Under the pieces are notes generated by a model. The model had not been told where the DNA came from. It saw only the letters and a list, made by a program, of their open reading frames with translations, and did not search any database. Below, in pieces: positions 8,058-16,489 of a DNA stretch of 32,450 bases; within the stretch, counting starts at the first letter, position 1; the number at the start of each line of letters is the position of its first letter. The DNA lies in the NCBI GenBank assembly GCA_016214355.1, contig JACROO010000005.1, positions 1 to 32,450 of the forward strand, written 5' to 3'. A program made the translations under genes and the position numbers. Origin of the DNA: Nitrospirota bacterium (lineage in GTDB: Bacteria > Nitrospirota > Thermodesulfovibrionia > UBA6902 > DSMQ01).

Positions 8058-9251
8058 ATGATTGACCTTCTCAAAATCACATCGGTATTCATAATCATAG
8101 TCTTCCTCTTAAAAAGGCGCTGGAACCTCGGGCTTGTAATGGCACTGTCTTCCGTAATCCTATCAATTTTCTATCTGCTCACCCCCGAGGATTTTTTCAA
8201 TGCCGTTTTAAAGGCATCTACTGACAAAACGACCATTGTCCTGATCGTCGCCCTGACACTTATCAGGGTATTTGAAAACATCATGAGAAAGAGGGGGATA
8301 ATGCAGGAGATGATGGACTCATTCAGGGGAATGGTTATGGACAGGAGGGTCTTAATGGCGTCAATGCCTGCCTTAATCGGGCTTTTGCCCTCAATGGGCG
8401 GTGCGCTTTTTTCAGCACCGATGGTAGAAGAGGCATCAAAAGGGATTAAAATATCGCCTGAAAAAAAAGCATTTATAAATTACTGGTTCAGGCATCCGTG
8501 GGAGTTTACGCTTCCGCTTTATCCGGGAGTTGTCCTCGCATCTGCGATAGGCGGCTTTCATCTGAGGGATTTGATAATTGCCAATCTGCCTTATGCAATA
8601 TGTCTGGTAGTGGCAGGGATTCTCTGGGGACTCAGAGGAATCGGAATTCACAGAGAAGGATTTAAAAAAATCACTGCACGCGGGCTTTTGAGTTTTCTGC
8701 CTCTGACGCTGATTCTTCTGATGGTAATTGTCTTTCATCTTGACCTGTCAATCAGCCTCGGCGTTGCTATTTTAGGCTTACTGGCAGTTTTCAGATATTC
8801 TTTCAGGGATATTGCTGAAACAATCAAAGAAGGGCTTTCTTTGGAGATTTTTGCAATCATCTTAGGCGTAATGACATTCAAAGCGGTCCTTAATAGTTCA
8901 GGCGCGGTCTCCAATATAAGCACTTTTTTTTCAAATGAAGGCATTCCTGTACTGCCTGTCCTTTTTATCATCCCTTTTATCTCCGGTCTTCTTACAGGAC
9001 TAACAGTAGGTTTTATAGGAAGCACATTCCCAATTATCTTAGGGCTTGAAGACACACAGAATATAGCCGCTATCTCATTTGCCTTTGCATCAGGTTATGC
9101 AGGTGTCCTGCTCTCGCCGGTTCATTTATGTCTTGTGCTTACAAGGGAGTATTTCAAGGCTAACATGGCAGGTGTTTACAGCCTGATAATCAGGGGAGTG
9201 GTGTTGATTATGCTGGTAGCGCTGGTGGGGTATTTTGTCAGGGCGTTGTAG
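8058..9251 (+). CDS. Polytopic inner-membrane protein, probably DUF401 family (unknown transporter)
   Basis: At least 10 hydrophobic segments. The motif LPSMGGALFSAPMV ... NYWFRHPWEFTLPLYPG matches my recollection of DUF401. The track start at 8013 (TTG) would translate the heptamer array, so ATG 8058 (MIDLLKITSVF) is preferred. Confidence 0.5.
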   Translation: MIDLLKITSVFIIIVFLLKRRWNLGLVMALSSVILSIFYLLTPEDFFNAVLKASTDKTTIVLIVALTLIRVFENIMRKRGIMQEMMDSFRGMVMDRRVLMASMPALIGLLPSMGGALFSAPMVEEASKGIKISPEKKAFINYWFRHPWEFTLPLYPGVVLASAIGGFHLRDLIIANLPYAICLVVAGILWGLRGIGIHREGFKKITARGLLSFLPLTLILLMVIVFHLDLSISLGVAILGLLAVFRYSFRDIAETIKEGLSLEIFAIILGVMTFKAVLNSSGAVSNISTFFSNEGIPVLPVLFIIPFISGLLTGLTVGFIGSTFPIILGLEDTQNIAAISFAFASGYAGVLLSPVHLCLVLTREYFKANMAGVYSLIIRGVVLIMLVALVGYFVRAL

Positions 9252-9350
9252 CTGCAAAGACTTTAATATAGAAATAACAGGACTGCAAAAACAATTAACT
9301 ATAGTGCTGTAATCGCCCGGGGCGTACTGCCGACTGAAATCAAGAATCCC

Positions 9351-9379
9351 TTGCAGGATAAAACTAATACTATTACAAT
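9351..9379 (+). promoter_or_regulatory. Candidate sigma-70 promoter (TTGCAG-17-TACAAT)
   Basis: -35 TTGCAG at 9351-9356, an exact 17-nt spacer, and -10 TACAAT at 9374-9379. It would start a transcript about 20 nt before the 9406-9561 hairpin and about 210 nt before xerC. Confidence 0.35.
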
Positions 9380-9405
9380 AAAGACAACCTAAGAAATACA
9401 GGAGT

Positions 9406-9561
9406 GGCTTGAGCGGCATCAGAGATTTTTCGGTAATAGTTCTTAGCGAATTGGAGCGGTCACAACCTCAAGTGTTTGAGTCCCGACGTGTCGGGGCGAG
9501 TTTTGAGGCTGTAGCGGAAAGAGCTTAGAACTGTCGAAAAATATCGTAGTAAGCGAAAGCC
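9406..9561 (+). ncRNA. 156-nt imperfect hairpin with a large internal loop: candidate structured RNA (6S-like architecture), xerC-hslVU leader, or palindromic repeat
   Basis: Hand pairing: GGCUU/AAGCC closing stem; GAUUUUUCG/CGAAAAAU(A)UC; GUUCUUAGC/GCUUAGAAC; an asymmetric internal loop of about 18 and 14 nt; CCUCAA/UUGAGG; apical CCCGA-cgug-UCGGG. The strand is not determinable from the symmetry. Confidence 0.25.
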
Positions 9562-9595
9562 AGCCCTGATTACTAAAAATTGTGAGAATTGGAAT

Positions 9596-10498
9596 TTGAA
9601 CAAATTCATTGAACAATTCACTGATTCATTAAAGGCAGAGCGTGATGTGTCTCCTCATACGCTCAGGGCATACACAAAAGACCTGACAGAGTTTTTTTTA
9701 TTTATAGATAAAAAACTAAAGGAAATTGACAACCTTGATATAAGGAGTTTCCTCGCATCGCTTTACAGCAGGAAACTCAAGAAATCATCCATCGCAAGAA
9801 AGCTCGCAACCATCAGGTCATTTCTGAAATACCTAAACAGGGAAGGCTATGTGAAAAATAACCCTGCAAAACTCGTCTCAAGCCCCAAATTGCAAAAGGC
9901 ACTGCCAAGGTTTCTTACCATTGATGAAGTATTTTCCCTTATTGATGCCCCCAAGGGTGATACTTTCAGTGCGTCAAGGGACAAGGCAATCCTTGAACTC
10001 CTTTACTCCTCAGGGCTGAGAGTTTCTGAATTAACAAACATTGATATGGGTGATTTTGACATAAAAGAATCCCTTGTCAGGGTAAAAGGCAAAGGCAAGA
10101 AAGAAAGAATAGTGCCCATCGGCTCAAAGGCAGTGGAGGCGATTAAAAACTACCTTCCCGAAAGGATACTCCTGAAGAAAAAGTCTCAGGCACTGTTTCT
10201 CAATAACCGCGGGGAGCGGTTGACAGAAAGGAGTGTCAGACGTATAGTAGTTAAATACAGCAGGATGATTGCCCTTAAGGACCGGCTTGGTCCGCACACT
10301 CTAAGGCATACATGTGCAACACATCTTCTTCACAGCGGTGCAGACCTGAGGTCAATTCAGGAATTGTTAGGGCATTCATCACTTTCAACAACCCAGAAAT
10401 ATACCCATGTGGATATTGCCCATATTATGGAGGTTTATGATAAGGCGCATCCGATGGCTAAAAATAGTGAACAGTTAAAAGTGAAGAGTGAAAAGTGA
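9596..10498 (+). CDS. xerC: Tyrosine recombinase XerC/XerD
   Basis: 300 aa with a TTG start. [12 protein letters not shown] (core-binding domain), and catalytic region GLRVSEL ... [12 protein letters not shown] ... [16 protein letters not shown]. Conserved xerC-hslV-hslU synteny. Confidence 0.9.
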   Translation: MNKFIEQFTDSLKAERDVSPHTLRAYTKDLTEFFLFIDKKLKEIDNLDIRSFLASLYSRKLKKSSIARKLATIRSFLKYLNREGYVKNNPAKLVSSPKLQKALPRFLTIDEVFSLIDAPKGDTFSASRDKAILELLYSSGLRVSELTNIDMGDFDIKESLVRVKGKGKKERIVPIGSKAVEAIKNYLPERILLKKKSQALFLNNRGERLTERSVRRIVVKYSRMIALKDRLGPHTLRHTCATHLLHSGADLRSIQELLGHSSLSTTQKYTHVDIAHIMEVYDKAHPMAKNSEQLKVKSEK

Positions 10499-10500
10499 AG
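10463..10500. repeat. AGTGAAN-type heptamer array at the xerC/hslV junction
   Basis: aatagtg aacagtt aaaagtg aagagtg aaaagtg aag. It encodes the XerC tail [11 protein letters not shown] and its TGA stop. Same family as 28573-28609 and 30165-30196. Confidence 0.85.
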
Positions 10501-10509
10501 GAGCAGGAA

Positions 10510-11040
10510 ATGTTTCACGGAACAACGATACTCTGCGTAAGAAAAAATGGTAAAGTCGCTATTGCAGGAGACGGTCAGGTCACACTCGGGCAGACTGTGC
10601 TTAAACACAATGCAAAAAAAATCCGCAGGATGTATAACGACAATATAATCGCAGGTTTTTCAGGGGCAACTGCCGATGCCCTCACACTCTTTGAAAAATT
10701 TGAGGCAAAGATTGAAACCTACAGGGGAAATATAACAAGGGCAGCAGTAGAGCTTGCCAAAGACTGGAGGACTGATAAAATTTTGAGGCGTCTTGAGGCG
10801 CTACTCATCGTTGCCGATAAAGAGCATACCTTTATAATATCAGGCAACGGAGATGTACTTGAGCCTGAGGACGGCATTGCTGCAATAGGCTCAGGCGGTC
10901 CCTATGCTCAGGCAGCGGCAAAGGCGCTTATACTGCACACAAATCTGGAGCCAAAAGAGATTACTAAAGAGGCAATGAACATCACGTCAAAAATTTGCAT
11001 TTATACAAATGAACAAATTTCCATAGAGGAGCTGAACTGA
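10510..11040 (+). CDS. hslV: ATP-dependent protease subunit HslV (ClpQ)
   Basis: [25 protein letters not shown] has the N-terminal Thr nucleophile context, and GSGG is present. AGGAG lies 6 nt upstream of ATG 10510. The track start at 10495 lies within the repeat. Confidence 0.95.
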   Translation: MFHGTTILCVRKNGKVAIAGDGQVTLGQTVLKHNAKKIRRMYNDNIIAGFSGATADALTLFEKFEAKIETYRGNITRAAVELAKDWRTDKILRRLEALLIVADKEHTFIISGNGDVLEPEDGIAAIGSGGPYAQAAAKALILHTNLEPKEITKEAMNITSKICIYTNEQISIEELN

Positions 11041-12399
11041 ATGGACAACCTTACACCGCGAAAAATCGTAGAAGAACTTAATAAATACATCATCGGTCAG
11101 GATAAGGCAAAAAAGGCAGTTGCAATTGCCCTGAGAAACCGCTGGCGAAGGCAAAGACTTTCTCCGGATTTAAAGGACGAGGTCCTTCCGAAAAATATAC
11201 TCATGATAGGCCCTACCGGCGTCGGCAAGACAGAGATAGCAAGAAGGCTCGCAAAATTAGTGGGGGCACCGTTTATAAAGGTAGAGGCATCAAAATTTAC
11301 CGAAGTCGGTTATGTAGGCAGGGATGTTGAGTCAATGATACGGGATTTAACAGGGCTGGCTGTAACCATGGTAAAGGCAGAATACATGGAAAGGGTTTAC
11401 GCTAAGGCACAGACCCTCTCAGAGGAAAGGCTCCTTGACCTTTTACTGCCTCTTCCAAAATTAAACAGGAAATTAGCATCCGCTGAGGCACTCTCAAAGA
11501 TTGACGAGGAAAAAGAAAGCTACAGCGAGACACGCGAAAAATTAAGGGCACAGCTTAGGGAAGGAAAACTTGACAACAGATATGTTGACCTTGATGTCCG
11601 CGAAAAGGTCGTGCCTTTCGGCATTGTTTCAAACATCGGCATGGATGAAATTGAGATGAATCTGAAAGAGATGCTCGGAAATTTTCTTCCGCAAAAGGCA
11701 AGGAGGAAAAAGGTCAGCATCCCTGAGGCATTGAGCCTCATTGCGCAGGAAGAGGCAAACAAACTGATTGATATGGACAAGGTGGTAAAAGAAGCAATAG
11801 AAAGAACCGAACAAAACGGGATAGTCTTTTTAGATGAGATTGATAAAATAGCAAGCAAAGGACAATCTTACGGCCCTGATGTATCAAGGGAAGGGGTGCA
11901 GAGAGACCTCCTTCCGATTGTTGAAGGCTCAACCGTCTCAACAAAACACGGTACTGTAAAAACAGACCATATCCTTTTCATAGCCGCAGGAGCCTTCAAT
12001 GTGGCAAAGCCGTCTGACCTCATCCCTGAACTTCAGGGAAGGTTCCCGATAAGGGTTGAACTTGATGCACTCGGCAAGAACGAATTTTTAAGGATACTGC
12101 AGGAGCCTCAGAATGCACTTATAAAGCAGTATGTAGCCCTGCTTGGAACAGAAGGCTTAAAGATAAAATTTGAAAAGGAGTCAATATCAGAGATTGCTGG
12201 GATTGCAGAGGAGGTAAATGAAAAGACTGAAAACATAGGTGCAAGAAGGCTCCATACGATTCTTGAAAAACTGCTTGAGGACATATCATTTGAGGCGCCT
12301 GAAAGGAAAAACGGAGACCTTATAATAAATGCCAAATATGTAAAAGATAAATTGGGTGATATAGTAAAGAATGAAGACCTGAGCAGATATATTCTGTGA
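11041..12399 (+). CDS. hslU: ATP-dependent protease ATPase subunit HslU (ClpY)
   Basis: 452 aa. [33 protein letters not shown], Walker [16 protein letters not shown], Walker [11 protein letters not shown], and C-terminal [20 protein letters not shown]. Confidence 0.95.
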   Translation: MDNLTPRKIVEELNKYIIGQDKAKKAVAIALRNRWRRQRLSPDLKDEVLPKNILMIGPTGVGKTEIARRLAKLVGAPFIKVEASKFTEVGYVGRDVESMIRDLTGLAVTMVKAEYMERVYAKAQTLSEERLLDLLLPLPKLNRKLASAEALSKIDEEKESYSETREKLRAQLREGKLDNRYVDLDVREKVVPFGIVSNIGMDEIEMNLKEMLGNFLPQKARRKKVSIPEALSLIAQEEANKLIDMDKVVKEAIERTEQNGIVFLDEIDKIASKGQSYGPDVSREGVQRDLLPIVEGSTVSTKHGTVKTDHILFIAAGAFNVAKPSDLIPELQGRFPIRVELDALGKNEFLRILQEPQNALIKQYVALLGTEGLKIKFEKESISEIAGIAEEVNEKTENIGARRLHTILEKLLEDISFEAPERKNGDLIINAKYVKDKLGDIVKNEDLSRYIL

Positions 12400-12561
12400 T
12401 AAAAGGCATCCTGTACAAGCCTGCTTTTCATATCTTCCTGATTATCATTTTTGGTCTGCTTTCATACTCCAACACATTCAATTGCTTTTTTTCATCTTGA
12501 TGACGTGGATAATAATGTAACATCAAACTTCAACAAAAAGCTTGACATTAAAGCGAGGTAA
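12396..12561 (+). pseudogene. Stub of about 55 codons (N-terminus only, one frameshift) resembling the start of TPR/DUF1736-type membrane proteins
   Basis: The GTG overlaps the hslU stop (ctGTGAta). It reads [32 protein letters not shown], then after a 1-nt slip in the T7 run (12486-12492) continues HLDDVDNNVTSNFNKKLDIKAR*. The YSN..F..DD pattern is typical of that family's N-terminus. No gene body follows. Confidence 0.35.
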
Positions 12562-12571
12562 ATTTTATCCT
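12542..12571 (+). promoter_or_regulatory. Candidate promoter of the rnf operon (TTGACA-18-TATCCT)
   Basis: A perfect -35 TTGACA at 12542-12547 and a weak -10-like TATCCT at 12566-12571, about 85 nt upstream of the rnfC ATG. Confidence 0.3.
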
Positions 12572-12653
12572 TTTATGTTTTATTTTTCTTTCATAAAAAC
12601 CTCGTTAATAAAAAATATGAGGATATTCTTGCATCAGGGGCATATAAAGATAA

Positions 12654-13994
12654 ATGCTGAAACTTGCTACCTTTGAAAGGGGAATACATCCCGAAGAAGT
12701 CAAGGAATTAACTGAAGCGAGCCCTATCGTAAAGGCTGCCCTGCCTAAAAGAGTCGTAATCCCTTTAAGCCAGCATACAGGCGCACCTGCAAAACCTGAA
12801 GTCGTAATAGGAGACCTTGTTAAAAGAAATCAGCTTATAGGCTCCGGACAGGGTTTTGTTTCAGCATCTGTGCATGCATCTATATCCGGCAAGGTTATCG
12901 CTATTGGCAGCTTCCCCCATCCTTCAGGAAGAATGATACAATCAATAGTTATTGAGGGCGATGGGAAAGACGAGGAGATGTCTCTAAAAGAAACTCCTGA
13001 TTATCTAAATCTCAGCGCTGATGAGATTAAAGCCCTTATAAAAGATGCCGGAATAGTCGGACTCGGAGGAGCGGCTTTTCCCACAAATGTAAAACTCTCT
13101 CCGCCAAAAGAAAAGCCAATAGATACAGTCATCCTTAATGGTGCAGAATGCGAGCCCTATCTCACTGCTGACCACAGGCTGATGTTAGAGCAGCCTGAGG
13201 GGATTGTTGCCGGCTTAAAGATTATTATGAAGACGCTTGGCGTAACCAAAGGCTATATCGGCATAGAAAATAATAAGCCTGATGCTATAGAGGCAATGAA
13301 AAAGGCAGTAAGCAGTGAAGAAAGTGCTTACTCCTTACTGCCTACTCCTTACTCCATTGAAGTTTATCCCTTGAAAGTAAAGTACCCGCAGGGCGCTGAA
13401 AAGATGCTTATAAATGCAATTAAAGACAGGGAGGTTCCATCAAGAGGACTACCGATGGATGTCGGCGTTGTTGTCCAGAATGTCGGGACTGCCTTTGCTG
13501 TTTATGAAGCTGTGCGCTACGGCAAACCGCTTATTGAAAGGATTGTTACTGTCACCGGCAGGGGGATAAAAGAACCTAAAAACATGATGGTGCGGATTGG
13601 AACGCTTATGTCAGAGCTTATAGAACAGTGCGGCGGTTTTACTGACGGCGCAGTTAAGGTCATAGCCGGCGGACCGATGATGGGATTTGCACAGTGGAGC
13701 CTTGATATCCCTGTGCTGAAAGGCACCTCAGGAATTCTGGTTTTAACAGAAAAAGATTATGTCTCTTCAGAAGAGTATCTTCCCTGCATAAGGTGCGGAA
13801 ACTGCATAGATATATGCCCGATGGGGCTTAATCCGTCAATGCTCAGCATCCTTTCTGAGAAAGGACGCTATGAGGAGGCAAAGGAATATAACCTGTTTGA
13901 CTGCTTTGAGTGCGGCTCATGCGCATACGTCTGCCCCTCAAACAGGCCAATAGTGCAGTTTATGAGACTGGCAAAGTCTATGGTGAAACCATGA
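12654..13994 (+). CDS. rnfC: Rnf electron-transport complex subunit C
   Basis: 446 aa. FERGIHPEE start, NGAECEPYLTADHRLM, and two 4Fe-4S motifs CIRCGNCIDICP and CFECGSCAYVCP. Confidence 0.92.
   Translation: MLKLATFERGIHPEEVKELTEASPIVKAALPKRVVIPLSQHTGAPAKPEVVIGDLVKRNQLIGSGQGFVSASVHASISGKVIAIGSFPHPSGRMIQSIVIEGDGKDEEMSLKETPDYLNLSADEIKALIKDAGIVGLGGAAFPTNVKLSPPKEKPIDTVILNGAECEPYLTADHRLMLEQPEGIVAGLKIIMKTLGVTKGYIGIENNKPDAIEAMKKAVSSEESAYSLLPTPYSIEVYPLKVKYPQGAEKMLINAIKDREVPSRGLPMDVGVVVQNVGTAFAVYEAVRYGKPLIERIVTVTGRGIKEPKNMMVRIGTLMSELIEQCGGFTDGAVKVIAGGPMMGFAQWSLDIPVLKGTSGILVLTEKDYVSSEEYLPCIRCGNCIDICPMGLNPSMLSILSEKGRYEEAKEYNLFDCFECGSCAYVCPSNRPIVQFMRLAKSMVKP
13327..13355. repeat. CTTACTN heptamer array inside rnfC
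   Basis: cttactc cttactg cctactc cttactc c, translated in frame as (A)YSLLPTPYS. Same unit family as 25857-25902. Confidence 0.8.
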
Positions 13995-13999
13995 AAATA

Positions 14000-14163
14000 A
14001 AGGATTCAAGGAGTCAAGGGATCAAGGATTCAAGTGAACATAACTGGATACAGGATTCACGATTCATGATACATGATATTTATTTTTTTGTATCGTGTAT
14101 CTTGCATCTTGTATCGTGCCGTTTTGCACTCGAACCCTCGAATCCTTGAATCCTGGAACCCTT
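14000..14163. repeat. Nested inverted arrays (8-mer AAGGATTC outer, 7-mer ATGATAC/GTATCTT inner) between rnfC and rnfD
   Basis: Left outer: aaggattc aaggagtc aagggatc aaggattc aag (14000-14034). Right outer: ctcgaacc ctcgaatc cttgaatc ctggaacc ctt (14129-14163). Inner arms 14051-14078 and 14090-14118 are about 80% complementary by eye. Confidence 0.9.
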
Positions 14164-14213
14164 ATTACTAACTAATCAGAAGATGAACTTATTTTTTACG
14201 GGTGGAGGGTTAA

Positions 14214-15221
14214 TTGGTTGAGAAAAAAGAACACGAACTTATAGTCTCAGTCAGCCCGCATATTAAAGGCGAGGAATCAGTCAGCCGCATAATGTGGTCG
14301 GTCAATCTTGCCCTCCTGCCAGCGTTCCTCATGTCCCTTTATTATTTTGGTCCAAGGGCTCTGCTTGTAACACTCCTTTGCATTGGAGCCGCTGTAGCTT
14401 CTGAGTATATCATCCAGAAATCACTTAAAAAGGATGTCACCGTAAGCGATGGAAGCGCATTTCTGACCGGTCTTCTGCTCGGCATGAACCTCCCGCCGGG
14501 TGTGCCGTTTTACATCCCCATAGTAGGTTCTGTTGTAGCCATTGTTATAACAAAACAGCTTTTTGGGGGTCTCGGATACAATATTTTCAATCCTGCACTT
14601 ATAGGCAGGGCATTTTTGTTAATCTCGTGGCCTAAGGCAATGACCATATGGTCAGAGTCAACTGCTGCATTTGTCGGGCTTGATGCAAAAACCACGGCTA
14701 CCCCCCTTGGCATCTTAAAAGAGGAAGGATTAGGAAAACTTATTGAAATGTTCGGCGATAAGATTAATCTTTATACGCAGCTGTTTGTTGGAAACAGGGC
14801 AGGTTCACTTGGGGAAACATCGGTAATAGCCTTACTGCTCGGCGCTGCCTATCTTCTATACAGGGGATATATCACATGGCACATCCCGCTCTCATTTCTT
14901 GCCACTGTCGGAGTGCTTGCATGGATATTCGGAGGTAAAAGCGGACTTTTTACAGGTGACCCCCTTATACATCTTTTAAGCGGAGGCCTTATGCTCGGTG
15001 CATTCTTTATGGCAACAGATTATGTCACCTGCCCCACTGTGAGAAAAGGGCAGATAATCTTTGGAATCGGATGCGGAGCAATCACCATACTCATAAGATT
15101 AAAGGGCGGTTTTCCCGAAGGTGTGATGTTTGCAATACTGCTTATGAACTGCTTTGCACCGATGATAGACAGAAGCGTGAAAACAAAACAGTTTGGAGCG
15201 ATTAAGGAAACGAAAAAATGA
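14214..15221 (+). CDS. rnfD: Rnf complex subunit D
   Basis: 335 aa, polytopic. SVSPHIKGEESVSRIMW start and FFMATDYVTCP near the FMN-attachment region. TTG start 5 nt after GGAGGG. Confidence 0.9.
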   Translation: MVEKKEHELIVSVSPHIKGEESVSRIMWSVNLALLPAFLMSLYYFGPRALLVTLLCIGAAVASEYIIQKSLKKDVTVSDGSAFLTGLLLGMNLPPGVPFYIPIVGSVVAIVITKQLFGGLGYNIFNPALIGRAFLLISWPKAMTIWSESTAAFVGLDAKTTATPLGILKEEGLGKLIEMFGDKINLYTQLFVGNRAGSLGETSVIALLLGAAYLLYRGYITWHIPLSFLATVGVLAWIFGGKSGLFTGDPLIHLLSGGLMLGAFFMATDYVTCPTVRKGQIIFGIGCGAITILIRLKGGFPEGVMFAILLMNCFAPMIDRSVKTKQFGAIKETKK

Positions 15222-15826
15222 CTGCAAAAGACATGGCAAAAATAACCGTTAACCTTGTCGTAATTTATATCATCGGCGGGCTGATTCTCGCCTTTATATA
15301 TGCAAAGGCATCCCCAATAATGTATAAGAAGGCAAAAGAGGAAAAAGAGACCGCACTTAAGACAATGATGCCGGAGGCAGAAAAGATAGAAAAACTGGGA
15401 GACTGGGAGCCTCATCATAAACATGCAGAGTATTATGCCGCTAAAAAAGGCGCCGAGGATATCGGATATATCGTTGAAGGTTTCGGCAAAGGTTATTCAA
15501 GCTATATAAATATTCTCGTATCTGTTAATAAAAATTTTGTCGTAAAAAAAATAAAAGTTCTCCATCACGCAGAAACACCCGGATTGGGAGACGAGATAGA
15601 AAAGGACTATTTTCTCAGCCAGTTTGCCAATAAAAGTGCTGACAACCTTGTCGTAATAAAAGGGGAAACTACAGATAAGATACAGGCGGTATCAGGCGCT
15701 ACAATCTCCAGCCGTGCCGTAACCGAAGATGCCGTGAAAAACGGTGTTAAGATGCTGGCAGAGAAACTTTCAGGCAGTATCCCCCATGGTCAGGAGGTAA
15801 AACATGAGCCACATTCATCGCACTAA
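15218..15826 (+). CDS. rnfG: Rnf complex subunit G (FMN-binding)
   Basis: 202 aa. N-terminal TM helix and the FMN-binding domain motif AVSGATISSRAV. ATGA overlap with rnfD. Confidence 0.9.
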   Translation: MTAKDMAKITVNLVVIYIIGGLILAFIYAKASPIMYKKAKEEKETALKTMMPEAEKIEKLGDWEPHHKHAEYYAAKKGAEDIGYIVEGFGKGYSSYINILVSVNKNFVVKKIKVLHHAETPGLGDEIEKDYFLSQFANKSADNLVVIKGETTDKIQAVSGATISSRAVTEDAVKNGVKMLAEKLSGSIPHGQEVKHEPHSSH

Positions 15827-16430
15827 CTGGGAATTAATAAAAAACGGGGTGTTCAGCGAGAACACCATTTTCAGGATGGCTATAAGTCTTTGTCCCTCTA
15901 TTGCTGTTACGAATAATTTAAAAAATGGCTTTATGATGGGCATATCAGTATTATTCGTTCAGGTAATGGTAAATATAACTGTCTCATTAATTAGAAATTT
16001 TATCAACCCGAAGATTCGCATCCCCATATTTATGCTTATTATCGCAGGCTGGGTCAGCATTATAGATATGACCATGGCCGCTTTTGCAAGGACAATATAT
16101 AAAGATATAAGTCTTTATATTCAGCTTATAGTTGCATTTGCATCAATCTTTGCAAGGGCTGAGGTCTTTGCAAGCAAAAATAAGCTTGTCCCTTCACTTA
16201 TGGACGGTATCGGGATGGGAACAGGATTTTTCCTCGCTATGATTGTAATCAGCTTTTTCAGGGAGCTTCTCGGAAAAGGCACCCTGTGGGGACTGCCTAT
16301 TGTGGCAGGAAAACCTTTGCTCATAATGATCCTGCCGGCAGGGGGATTTTTTGCCGTGGGAATACTCATGGGATTTTTCAACTGGATTGACATAAGATTT
16401 TATGGAGGCAAGGGAGCTTCCGGGGCTTAA
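15804..16430 (+). CDS. rnfE: Rnf complex subunit E
   Basis: 208 aa, polytopic. ISLCPSIAVTNNLKNG is typical of RnfE/NqrD. It overlaps the rnfG end by 23 nt. Confidence 0.88.
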   Translation: MSHIHRTNWELIKNGVFSENTIFRMAISLCPSIAVTNNLKNGFMMGISVLFVQVMVNITVSLIRNFINPKIRIPIFMLIIAGWVSIIDMTMAAFARTIYKDISLYIQLIVAFASIFARAEVFASKNKLVPSLMDGIGMGTGFFLAMIVISFFRELLGKGTLWGLPIVAGKPLLIMILPAGGFFAVGILMGFFNWIDIRFYGGKGASGA

Positions 16431-16437
16431 CAAGCAA

Positions 16438-16471
16438 GTTTGAACAGTTTAAACTGTTCAAACCGTTTTTT
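16438..16471 (+). terminator. Intrinsic-terminator-like hairpin plus T-run inside the rnf operon (rnfE/rnfA gap)
   Basis: GTTTGAACAG-tttaaa-CTGTTCAAAC is a perfect 10-bp stem (4 G:C pairs), followed by cgTTTTTTc. The rnfA RBS GGAGG follows 8 nt later. Confidence 0.4.
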
Positions 16472-16489
16472 CTATATGGAGGATAATTA

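Noticed and set aside
9338-9368. ctgaaatcaagaatcccttgcaggataaaac looks like a CRISPR direct repeat: about 31 nt, an internal palindrome and a ...AAAAC end.
   Set aside because: Only one copy exists in the window, with no spacer-repeat periodicity and no cas genes. The segment is better explained as containing the -35 element of a promoter-like TTGCAG-17-TACAAT.
9126-9419. 97-aa minus-strand ORF overlapping the end of the DUF401-like gene and the intergenic region.
   Set aside because: It has no recognisable motifs, overlaps a better-supported gene on the other strand, and runs through the promoter-like region.
13910-14149. 79-aa ORF (MRLMRIRLPLKQ...KDSRSQGIKDSSEH...) spanning the rnfC end and the repeat block.
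   Set aside because: It is the out-of-frame reading of the rnfC 3' end plus translation of the octamer/heptamer arrays. It has no RBS and a low-complexity periodic peptide.
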